Source: an uncultured Spirochaetales bacterium (GTDB lineage Bacteria > Spirochaetota > Spirochaetia > DAHUYW01). From it: a stretch of 32,000 nt of DNA. Of this stretch, positions 16,080-24,900 are shown piece after piece (the stretch's first letter is position 1; each line of letters starts with the position of its first letter). The notes under the pieces were generated by a model that ran no database searches, had not been told where the DNA came from, and was given only the letters and a program-made list of their open reading frames with translations. The stretch is from NCBI GenBank assembly GCA_964506755.1, contig CAZDMH010000014.1:2364-34363 (forward strand). Reading direction: 5' to 3'. Both the position numbers and the translations under genes were made by a program.

Positions 16080-17538
16080 GATCGCTTTCCGCAATCTTCT
16101 CGAGCACAAGTCCAAGAGCCTGATCATCGGCATCATAATGGCGCTCGGGATTATGATCCTCGTAGTCGGCAACTCGTTCATCGACACCTCGGCTCGGGGG
16201 ATCAGGCGCGCCTTCATAGACAACTTCACCGGAGATGTGATGATCACCGGGAAGACTCAGGGTCAAATCTCCCTTTTTGGAGTACAGTCCGTGGCCGGAA
16301 TGGAATCGACACCTCTCATTCCGGACTATACGAAGATCGTCGATCACCTTTCAAGCAGCTCGAACGTCGCATCCATGACCTCGCAGGTGTCCGGATTTGC
16401 GACGATCGGAACTGAAGAGAACAACGACACCCAAGACAACACGTTTACTATCCTCTTTGGCATCGAACCGGCCTCGTATCACGCGATGTTCAACAACATC
16501 GATCTGACCGCGGGAAGCTACTTGAAACCGGGAGAGGCCGGGATACTCCTATCCAAAGATCGGGTCAAAGAGATCGAAAAGAACCTCAAGACGACCATCA
16601 AGGTCGGCGACAAGCTCCTGCTCAACAGCCTCTCGAACGTCGGCTTCCACATTCGAGTAGTCCCGGTTCGGGGGATCTTTACGTTCAAGCAGAAGACTGG
16701 AGCGTTGGATGCCATCTCGTACGTGGACATTCAGACCGTCCGAGCCCTCCTCGGTATGGTAGTGGGGGACACCACGACAGAGGACTTGAGCCACGCGGAG
16801 ACCTCGCTCCTCGGATCGACGGACACCGAGAATCTTTTCGGGGGCGGCATGGTTCAGGAAGATACGAGCGGCACGACGGCCAACAACGTGGCGGGTCTCT
16901 CACAGGCGCTGGCCACAAGCCAGGGTTCCCAGTCGGCCCCCCAGCTCGATTCCGGGGCCTGGAACTACGTCTTGATCAAGCTCAAGAATCCGGGTGCTGA
17001 AGCCGGCTTCATTGCCAATATGAACATGTGGCTCGGCCAACAAGGAATCGCCGCACAGGCGCACGATTGGAAAACCGCCGCCGACGGTTTCGCCTCCTCT
17101 TCAGACATCATCCGAGTGGTCTTCGACGTGGCGATTCTCATCGTCGCGATCGTCGCAATCATCATCATAATGAACACACTCGTAATCAGCGTAATCGAGC
17201 GGACCTCGGAAATCGGAATGATGCGGGCACTCGGCGCACAGAAAGGCTTCATCTGGCGGATGTTCGTCGCGGAAACTCTCACCGTGAGCATCGTCTTCGG
17301 GCTTGTCGGGATAGCACTTGGTGCCCTCGCAATCGGCGTGATCAACCTCCTGGGAATCCAGATCTCGAACCAATTCCTCCAGGTGCTGTTTGCGGGTTCC
17401 GTCCTCAAGCCAACGATCTCTGTTTCGACCCTTGTCGGGTCGCTTGTAGTCGTGATATTCGTCGGGATTCTATCGCACCTCTATCCGGTTTCAATCGCGC
17501 TGAAGGTGCAGCCGGTGAAAGCGATACAGACAGATTAG
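16063..17538 (+). CDS. FtsX/MacB-type ABC permease 1 (491 aa) with a large extracytoplasmic domain
   Basis: N-terminus MPVLIRIAFRNLLEHKSKS followed by a TM segment, then about 330 aa of extracytoplasmic domain. C-terminal FtsX module NTLVISVIERTSEIGMMRALGAQKGFI. Overlaps the ATPase gene by 17 nt. Confidence 0.85.
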   Translation: MPVLIRIAFRNLLEHKSKSLIIGIIMALGIMILVVGNSFIDTSARGIRRAFIDNFTGDVMITGKTQGQISLFGVQSVAGMESTPLIPDYTKIVDHLSSSSNVASMTSQVSGFATIGTEENNDTQDNTFTILFGIEPASYHAMFNNIDLTAGSYLKPGEAGILLSKDRVKEIEKNLKTTIKVGDKLLLNSLSNVGFHIRVVPVRGIFTFKQKTGALDAISYVDIQTVRALLGMVVGDTTTEDLSHAETSLLGSTDTENLFGGGMVQEDTSGTTANNVAGLSQALATSQGSQSAPQLDSGAWNYVLIKLKNPGAEAGFIANMNMWLGQQGIAAQAHDWKTAADGFASSSDIIRVVFDVAILIVAIVAIIIIMNTLVISVIERTSEIGMMRALGAQKGFIWRMFVAETLTVSIVFGLVGIALGALAIGVINLLGIQISNQFLQVLFAGSVLKPTISVSTLVGSLVVVIFVGILSHLYPVSIALKVQPVKAIQTD

Positions 17539-17549
17539 GGAGTTGCGAC

Positions 17550-18860
17550 GTGAAGAATATGATGATAGCACTTCGGAACCTGAACCGGCAGAAGAAACGG
17601 AGCTTCCTCCTTGGCGGCGCTATAGCCTTCGGAATACTCATCATCACCCTCATCAACGGGTTTGCCGGCAGCTTCGTTAACAACGTCAGCGAGAACTTCT
17701 CCCACCTCTTCGGTGGACAGATCTTCATCGACGGGTTCGAAAAGTCGCCCTCGGGGCGACGGATCTCGATCATACGTGATGACAGCGTCTTGACCGACGC
17801 AATCAAGGAATCCGGAATCCCTACAACCTACATTACGAAGGCATCGAGCTTCTCCGGGACGCTGATTTTCCAGAACAACACCGCTGCGCAGCAAGTTGTC
17901 GGAACGGACTGGCAGAAGGCGAGCTATATTCGCAGCAGGCTTACCCTCGTCAAAGGCAGCTTCGCCAACATGGACAACCCTCACGGCATCATAATCAGTG
18001 ACCGTGTCGCAAAGCAGCTGAAAGTCGAGCTCGGCGACACCATTCTCGCCCAGCTTCGAACGGCGACCGGTCAGCTCAACGTGGGTGAGTTCCAGGTTGC
18101 GGCGGTTAGTCATGACCCGGGGCTGTTCGGTTCCATCGCCGCGTACGCGAATCTGCAGTACGTCAACACTCTGCTGAATATTCGCAGCGGAGACTACCAG
18201 ACCCTCGGAATCTTTCTGACGCAGGGAGAGAACATGGATGTCGCTGCCGCCAAGCTTTACTCGGTGCTGAAGGGCAAGGTCCAGATGTTCAAACGTGAGA
18301 CGACGACCGCTTCGACAAATCCCTTCACGGCAATGCAGCGTGCGACGCAGAACGAAACCTGGAGCGGCACGAAATATCGCCTGTATACGCTCAACGATCG
18401 CCTGGCCGAGCTCAAACAGATCGTCGGAACACTCAATACATCAGGCTTGGTCATTCTGCTCATCCTTCTCGTGGTCATCATGATCGGAATAACGAACACC
18501 TTCCGCATGATCATGTACGAGAGGATCCGAGAGATCGGGACTATGAGGGCGCTCGGTATGCAGCGGCCCACGGTCCGAAATCTCTTTCTCCTCGAGGCGC
18601 TGTTCCTCTCGCTTGGTGGGACGGTGCTCGGGCTCATAGCCTCGGCGATCGTCATGACTCTCCTGCACCTGATCAATTTCGGTCTCAATACACCGCTCTT
18701 TCTTCTTCTGAAAGACGGCCATATGACCTTTGATCTGAAGGCGGGACAGTTGATCGGCAATCTCTTGATCGTTGCAGTACTGACAATTCTAGCCGCCTAT
18801 TTCCCAGCGCGCAAAGCTGCGCGGCTGAATCCAGCGGATGCGCTCCGCTCGACTCACTGA
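17550..18860 (+). CDS. FtsX/MacB-type ABC permease 2 (436 aa)
   Basis: N-terminus (V)KNMMIALRNLNRQKKRS followed by a TM segment. FtsX module FRMIMYERIREIGTMRALGMQRPTV. GTG 17550 has AGGGAG 8 nt upstream. The ORF-track 5' extension to 17028 is an Arg-rich out-of-frame overlap with permease 1. Confidence 0.85.
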   Translation: MKNMMIALRNLNRQKKRSFLLGGAIAFGILIITLINGFAGSFVNNVSENFSHLFGGQIFIDGFEKSPSGRRISIIRDDSVLTDAIKESGIPTTYITKASSFSGTLIFQNNTAAQQVVGTDWQKASYIRSRLTLVKGSFANMDNPHGIIISDRVAKQLKVELGDTILAQLRTATGQLNVGEFQVAAVSHDPGLFGSIAAYANLQYVNTLLNIRSGDYQTLGIFLTQGENMDVAAAKLYSVLKGKVQMFKRETTTASTNPFTAMQRATQNETWSGTKYRLYTLNDRLAELKQIVGTLNTSGLVILLILLVVIMIGITNTFRMIMYERIREIGTMRALGMQRPTVRNLFLLEALFLSLGGTVLGLIASAIVMTLLHLINFGLNTPLFLLLKDGHMTFDLKAGQLIGNLLIVAVLTILAAYFPARKAARLNPADALRSTH

Positions 18861-18876
18861 CAACCGGAGGCACATT

Positions 18877-19638
18877 ATGTTTCGCAAGTTCATGAAGACC
18901 ACGCTCCTTACAGCAACCCTGTTGACGGCCGCCTCCTTTGCGGCGTTGGCGCAGCAGCCGGATTTCCACAGGATTCTCCAGCGGGTAGACGAGCTGAACA
19001 ACTTCACGACTGATTTCTCAGCAGTGTTCACGGTCGTATCAGAGAAACCCGGTCAGGACCCGAGCGTTACGAGGGCACAGATCTTTCGTCGGGATCCGAA
19101 GAAGCAGTTCTTGATCGTCATCCTGAAGCCCGACACCCAGAAAGGGCAGGGATATCTCCAAGTGGACAACAACCTGTGGTTCTACGATCCTCAGAGCAGA
19201 CAATTCTCGCACTCCTCTCTCAAGGAAAACTTCCAGAGCTCTGACGCGAAGAACAGCGACTTCAACCAACAATCACTCGCGGAGGACTACACGGTCGCCG
19301 GTTCAAGCGACGGGAAACTCGGGATCTACCCGGTTTACGTTCTCGATCTCAAGGCGAAAAACAACGAGGTCACCTACCCACATGTCAAGCTCTGGGTGCG
19401 GAAGGATCTCGAAATCGTGCTCAAGGCCGAGGATTACAGCCTGTCGGATCGGCTTATGCGAACGGCCTACTATCCAAACTACGCGAAAATCGGGGACAAG
19501 TACTTCCCGTCGCGAATGTTGTTCATCGACAATCTCAATACGGGAAATAAGACCCAGATCACGGTGACGGATCCGTCGATTGCTGCGCTTCCCGACTATC
19601 TGTTTACCAAGGCCTATCTCGAACGAGTCAATCGTTAG
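18877..19638 (+). CDS. LolA-like 'outer membrane lipoprotein-sorting protein' family periplasmic protein (253 aa)
   Basis: GGAGG 6 nt upstream of ATG 18877. Signal peptide MFRKFMKTTLLTATLLTAASFAALA|QQ. The body (…LWFYDPQSRQF…YPVYVLDLKAK…VTYPHVKLWVRKDLEIVLKAEDYS…YFPSRMLFIDNL…) fits my memory of the LolA_like family, which is usually encoded next to FtsX-type ABC genes. Confidence 0.65.
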   Translation: MFRKFMKTTLLTATLLTAASFAALAQQPDFHRILQRVDELNNFTTDFSAVFTVVSEKPGQDPSVTRAQIFRRDPKKQFLIVILKPDTQKGQGYLQVDNNLWFYDPQSRQFSHSSLKENFQSSDAKNSDFNQQSLAEDYTVAGSSDGKLGIYPVYVLDLKAKNNEVTYPHVKLWVRKDLEIVLKAEDYSLSDRLMRTAYYPNYAKIGDKYFPSRMLFIDNLNTGNKTQITVTDPSIAALPDYLFTKAYLERVNR

Positions 19639-19655
19639 GTTGAGGAGGCGCGATC

Positions 19656-21188
19656 ATGAAACGAGCTTACACCGTGCTCTTGCTGCTTCTTCTCGCCGCA
19701 GGCGCATATTCCCAGGATCAATCTACCGGCTCGAATCCTCCTCCGATCCCGACGAATCCCGACTCGCTGTTCGGCTCACCGTCGACCTCCTCTGTCGAAG
19801 GTTCAGGCGGATCCACGGGTAGTGCCTCGAACGGAGGGGGAGACCAGACGGGCCCTTCCACTCAATCTCCGAGCTCTATGTTCCAGGGCGGGATGGTCGA
19901 GGATGTAACGAAGAGCAAGGCCGAGTCCAGTGCTACTGCGGCGACCTCCCTGCTCAAAAGCCAGGGTATCCAGTTCGGAGGAAGCATTGAATCGACCTAC
20001 ACCGCATACGGTTTCTGGCTCGGTGCGTATCCTGATCTGTCGAACCTTGCCAGCGGCTACACCGACCAGATGGTCCCCGTCCTGCAGGGCACGATGTTCT
20101 TCGATGCCCGGCCGGATCAGCATTTTCGGGTCTTCGGAAAAGCCAAGGCGAGCTATCCCTTTCAGGTTTCGGGTGGGACGAGCTCCACAGGCGTGACGAG
20201 CGCGCTTGGAGTGCCGCCCACACAGACAGTGACACCGAACATCAACATCTTCGAGCTCTACTCCGATTTCGACTACAAGAACAAACTCTATTTCCGCGTC
20301 GGCAAACAGGTGGTGAACTGGGGGGTCGGCTACTTCTTCAGCCCGGCGGACATCATCAGCGTTACGCCAATCGACCCCCAGAACCCGACGATCGAGCGTG
20401 AGGGACCAGTCGCCTTCAAGGTCAACATGCCGTTTGCGGAAGTCGACAACCTCTACCTGTACCTCGTTGCGAATCAGAGCTTCGCGACGGGGAGCGCATT
20501 TCACCTCAACGATGTTGCGGTTGCCCCCAAGGCGGAGTTCGTGGTCGGTGACTATGAGTTTGGCCTCGGTGGCTACTACCAACGCAACCAGCGCCCGAAA
20601 GCGATGGTGACTGCCACCGGCTCGATCGGCAAGATCGGCGTATTCGGAGAGGCGGTCGTCAGCAGGGGAGCCGACGGGACCCTTGTGCGACAGGGTGGAG
20701 CGATGGGTTACGAGACCTACACCGACACCACCACCCCCTACTTCCAAGGTACGGTGGGATTCAACTACATGCAGAGCGACTGGCACCTGTCCCTCTACGG
20801 CCAGTACTACTACAACGGACAGGGCTACGCGGACCCCACGCTCGAGAAAGAGGCCTATATCCTCTACGCCGGCCAGGTGGCCGGCACCCTCCCCGTCAGC
20901 CCTCAGCTCAGCCTGCAGGACCTCCAGCTGCCGGCGCGCAACTACGGGGCCGCGGTCGCAAGCTGGAGCAACATCAAGGATTCGAACGTTACGCTGTCGC
21001 TCTTTTGGGAAGGCAACTTCACCGACGGGTCAGGGATCGTGAGCCCGAGCGTGAGCTACAAGCTATTCGATCACGCGAGCCTCACGGCGGCAACACATAT
21101 CGCCTATGGTGGACAGAGCACCCAGTTCATGCAGACCGGGCACATGTCGGTGTCGCTTCAGGCCTCACTCGGTACCGGTGATTTCTAA
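19656..21188 (+). CDS. Predicted outer-membrane beta-barrel protein (510 aa), family unknown
   Basis: GAGGAGG upstream. Signal peptide MKRAYTVLLLLLLAAGAYS|QD. An S/G/P/T-rich low-complexity segment of about 55 aa. Then a long run of alternating aromatic/small-residue strands, a YFRVGKQVVNWGVGYFFSPADI motif, and a C-terminal ...SLGTGDF with terminal Phe. Confidence 0.6.
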   Translation: MKRAYTVLLLLLLAAGAYSQDQSTGSNPPPIPTNPDSLFGSPSTSSVEGSGGSTGSASNGGGDQTGPSTQSPSSMFQGGMVEDVTKSKAESSATAATSLLKSQGIQFGGSIESTYTAYGFWLGAYPDLSNLASGYTDQMVPVLQGTMFFDARPDQHFRVFGKAKASYPFQVSGGTSSTGVTSALGVPPTQTVTPNINIFELYSDFDYKNKLYFRVGKQVVNWGVGYFFSPADIISVTPIDPQNPTIEREGPVAFKVNMPFAEVDNLYLYLVANQSFATGSAFHLNDVAVAPKAEFVVGDYEFGLGGYYQRNQRPKAMVTATGSIGKIGVFGEAVVSRGADGTLVRQGGAMGYETYTDTTTPYFQGTVGFNYMQSDWHLSLYGQYYYNGQGYADPTLEKEAYILYAGQVAGTLPVSPQLSLQDLQLPARNYGAAVASWSNIKDSNVTLSLFWEGNFTDGSGIVSPSVSYKLFDHASLTAATHIAYGGQSTQFMQTGHMSVSLQASLGTGDF

Positions 21189-21196
21189 CCCGGGAG

Positions 21197-21216
21197 TTGC
21201 CGAGTGCCCTCGGCAG
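21197..21216. terminator. Hairpin between convergent genes (uuGCCGAG-ugcc-CUCGGCag). Possible bidirectional terminator; no U-tract.
   Basis: Perfect GCCGAG/CTCGGC inverted repeat, extendable to 7-8 bp, with a 4-nt loop. It lies in the 34-bp gap between the barrel gene stop (21188) and the SDR stop (21223). Confidence 0.35.
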
Positions 21217-21222
21217 CGACGC

Positions 21223-21981
21223 CTACGTCAGAGTGCGAAGGTCGAGAACGGCGCCGCTCTCGAATGAACCGCTGTAGACAAGTGAGAGAATTCGGCGGGC
21301 CGCCTCTGTCGGAGAGCTTAGCTTCCCCTCCTCCTTCAATGTGACGAAACGAGCCTTCGCCGGGAAGAGCGCCTCATCTACCTGGCGGATCCGGTTCTGC
21401 ATGGGAGTATCAAGCACGCCAGGAGCGATCGCGAGAATGCGAACCGGATTCTTCGCCTTCTCCTGCTCGAGGGCGAGGCAGCGCCCGAACATGTCCAGTC
21501 CGGCCTTCGAGGCGCAATATGCGCTCATGCCATCATAGGGATGCTGAGCCGCTCCGGAGGTGATATTCACGATCGTGCGCTGGGCGCCCCAATCTTGCGT
21601 GAAGCGGATGAACATACTCGATAGAAGCATGCACGCAGTCAGGTTCACGGCCACGTGACCTATGATGCCGCGATCATCCAGCTGTCCCACCGGAGCGAGC
21701 GGCCCCTCCACCGCAGCATTGTTGATGAGAACGATTTCCGAATCTTCGTCGTTGTTGAGGTGTGCAAAAACCTCGGAAGCAGCCGCTGCGACTTCGGAGC
21801 TTCGCGAGAGGTCTATACGGTGATCGAAGTACCGTCCGCCCCGATCAAGCACCCTCTCTTCGAGTGCTCGGTTGCCCCTGCGCGAGACGCCGATTACGGT
21901 TGTGTCTGCCTCCCGTGAGGAGAGATCGGCGAAAGCCTCCCCGAGCCCGGACGAGACGCCGGTAATGATAAAAAACCGCAT
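21223..21981 (-). CDS. Short-chain dehydrogenase/reductase (SDR) family oxidoreductase (252 aa)
   Basis: Cofactor-binding motif TGVSSGLG, LINNAAV, and catalytic YCASK. ATG lies 3 nt after the upstream stop. Confidence 0.85.
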   Translation of the reverse strand: MRFFIITGVSSGLGEAFADLSSREADTTVIGVSRRGNRALEERVLDRGGRYFDHRIDLSRSSEVAAAASEVFAHLNNDEDSEIVLINNAAVEGPLAPVGQLDDRGIIGHVAVNLTACMLLSSMFIRFTQDWGAQRTIVNITSGAAQHPYDGMSAYCASKAGLDMFGRCLALEQEKAKNPVRILAIAPGVLDTPMQNRIRQVDEALFPAKARFVTLKEEGKLSSPTEAARRILSLVYSGSFESGAVLDLRTLT

Positions 21982-21984
21982 CAG

Positions 21985-24900
21985 CTATTTCGATTTCGGC
22001 AGCAACTCGAGAATCAGCTCTACCTCTCCCCGGCTGAGCTTCGTTGCCTGAGCGATCTGCGGCACCTTCCAGCCCTGATGCGCAAGCCGTGTAACCATGT
22101 CGCGCGTCGACAAGGAAGGGGCTCCCTTGTCCTTCTTTCCCTGCTTTGCCTCGTCCTTCAGGAGAGAACCGAGGAGCTTGACCTGTTCCTCGGCCTGCTT
22201 GCTGATCTCCTCCAGCCTCGTCTCCGTCCGCGCGAGCCACTCCCGGGCCTGTTGCATCTTCTCGGTTCGTCCCTCGATATCCTTCAGTACGGAACCGAGA
22301 GAAGAAAGCTGCTCCACCGCGCTGTCGGCATCCTTTTTGCTCTTTGCGAGAACCTCGATTCGCTGCGAAAGATCGTCGAGTCGCTTCGGCATTGCCTTTA
22401 CGCCGTTTTCGAGGCTCTGGAGCTGTTGCTCGAGGCTCTCCAACTGCTGGAAGTTCTTGTCCACTCCGTCGGTCGTCGTTTCGAGGATCTTGTCCTTCCC
22501 TTCGAGCCGTTCGTACTTGGCAAATACATCTTTCTCCAGCTCCTCGAGCTTTCGGATTTCCGCTTGAACCGCCTGCAGCTCGTCATGGCTCCCAGTGACC
22601 TGATCGAGCTTCGCATCGACCGACTGGGAGATTGTGATCAGTTTCTTGAAATCGCCTTCCATGACCTCTATGCGATGCTTCTCCGCGAGGAATTTCGCAA
22701 GCTTCGAGGAAACGTCATCTCCGAGCTTCTTGGTCTTCTGAAAGCTCTTCTCGAGATCCTTGAGCTCTTTGGTCTCCGCCTTAACCGCCTCGAGCTGCTC
22801 CTTGAGCTGCTCGATATCCTCAGTCAAAGTCACCTTCAGCGTATCCGCTCGGTTGAAGATCTTCGTTTGCGCAATGAAATCCTTCTGTTTCTTCTCGATC
22901 TCGGCAAGGTTCTGCGAGAGTAGCTTGTAGCTTTCTTCGATCTTCGAGGCCAGCCGTTTCTGGGATTCCTCCATACGGTCGTAGCTCTCCTGGGACGAGG
23001 AGCGCAAATCTCTGAGACGCTGATCGGCCTCGCCCGCGAGCTCGTGCGTCTTCGCCTGGAGATCTTTCATGAACAGATCGTACTGCTGCCGGAACTCCGA
23101 GATGGCGTCCGCGCTCCTCTGTTTCAAATCGGCTTCCAGCCGGTCGACGTCTGCGCCGACGCGCGCAAGATCTTCCCTTAGCCTCGTTCGCTCCTCTTCG
23201 CTGCCCGTTATGAGCTCCCCTTTTTCGTGCTCGAACTCGACTCGGAGCTCCTCGAGGTCCTTGCCTATCCTGTCCTCGGCCTCCTTGACCTGGGCAAGGA
23301 TCTTTTCCTGCCATGAGGCAACATCACTCCTCGTGGCGTCGAGCATTGCCTGGATGTCGCTCTTCCGAGCCTCGAGCTGCTCGGTGATTCCACCGAACTC
23401 CTGCTCAACCGTGCGTTCGTACTGAGATACCCGTTCGCCGACCCGCTCCGAGTGGCCCTCTAACTCCTGCGAAATGAGATTCATAGCCGCCTGCCGCGCT
23501 TCGGCTATTCGTTCGCGCATTTCAGTGCTGAAGCGGTCGAGAGTTTCCGTTCTGCTCTGGTCGGCCTCCGACGCTATTTCGTCCATTCGGCTACCGATAC
23601 TCGACTGCCACTCTTCGAGCCGCTCGTTGAGGCCGTCGGTACGCACCTTGAGGTCGGCGAAGAAATCATCCTCGAAAACCTGGAGCTTCTCCGAGACATT
23701 CTCGTAGGCCCGGGACTTCAAGTCGGTAAGACCGTGCTCAACCTCTTCAACCGAAGCGTGGATAACGGCGAGCTCCTCCTCGACTCTTTGGCGTTCGGCT
23801 TCACGACGCTCGGCAAGCTGCTTCGTCCATTCGTCGAAATCCGTTTCGATCTTTATCCTTACCTTTTCCATGATCGACCGAAGGTTCCGGTCGAGCTCTT
23901 CGATATCGATGTTGACCGCCTCGATCTTTCCCATTCGATATGCTACGTCGGCCTCGTAGTCGGCGACCTTGGTTTCCACTTCGGTAAGCCGACCCGTCAT
24001 ATCTTCTTCGAATCTTCCGACCTGACTCGAGAAGCGCTCGATGACGTCGTCGGCTAGCCCGTTGTTTCGCTCATCTATTTCTCCGAGCGAAGTCCGGAAG
24101 GAGCTCTCCTTCTCCTCAATGAGCTCTTCGACATTGTTCAACCGATCGCGAAGAGAGGATTCGAGGTCGCGAACGGTGATGTTCATCTCGCTCACGAAAG
24201 CATTGAGTTCGTTTCTCTGCTCCTCTTTGCGCTTTGCGGTTTCGGAAGCGAGGGTAGTCAGGTTGTTGTCGACATCCGCAGAAAAAACGCCATAGCGCTC
24301 CGAGAACTCCCCTTCCTTGTCTTCGATTAGCTTCTGAATTTCCGCCTGCCAAACCGTAATCTGAGATCGGCTCTCGCCAAACATCTGGTCGAGCTCCTTG
24401 CGCGACTCTTCGAGACTCGCCTTCGTTTCGTTGAACGAGCTCGTGAGCAGCTTCTGGACCTCCCGTGCCCTACTCTCAATGTGACTTTTCAGCTGCACGA
24501 AGACGTCATCTTCGAGATTGCGCGCCTTCTCGGCAACATCGCGGATGTTCTCCTGGTAGCTTTGCTCTATGGTGTTCACCCGCTCCTGGAACGCGTCGAG
24601 TTTCTCGATGATGGTTCGTTCTGTTTCCACCACCTGTTCTTTCAACTCGGAATGGAGCTTTGCGATGCGATCCGTTACGCCTTTGCCGTTTTCCGTCGCT
24701 TTGTCGAGCAGCAAATTGAGGTTCGTCTCAAACTGGCCCCGGAGCTCATCGCCGGTGCCCTGCGCGTTCTTGATGAATCCCTGAAACACCTGTTCCAGGT
24801 TGCGTACTGTCTCCGCCTCCATGCCGTCGCGGCGCGCCTCGAGGCCGGCGAGGTACTCGGAGAAGCGTTCGACTGACTTCTCCGCCTTCTCGAGCTCCTT

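Noticed and set aside
17028-17549. 5' extension of the permease 2 ORF (174 extra codons, Arg/Pro-rich) overlapping permease 1
   Set aside because: It is out of frame with permease 1 and overlaps its FtsX module. Its composition looks nonsensical. A GTG with AGGGAG 8 nt upstream at 17550 yields the canonical FtsX-permease N-terminus.
19803-20786. 327-aa minus-strand ORF antisense to the 510-aa barrel gene
   Set aside because: It has an Arg/Val/Gly-rich wrong-frame composition. The plus-strand gene has an SD, a signal peptide and a C-terminal Phe, and it fits the operon.
22078-22923. 281-aa plus-strand ORF (and other plus-strand ORFs up to 25365) antisense to the coiled-coil gene
   Set aside because: The reverse complement of GAG/AAG/CTC-rich coiled-coil codons gives Leu/Phe/Ser-rich open frames. 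There are no start signals and it is fully nested.
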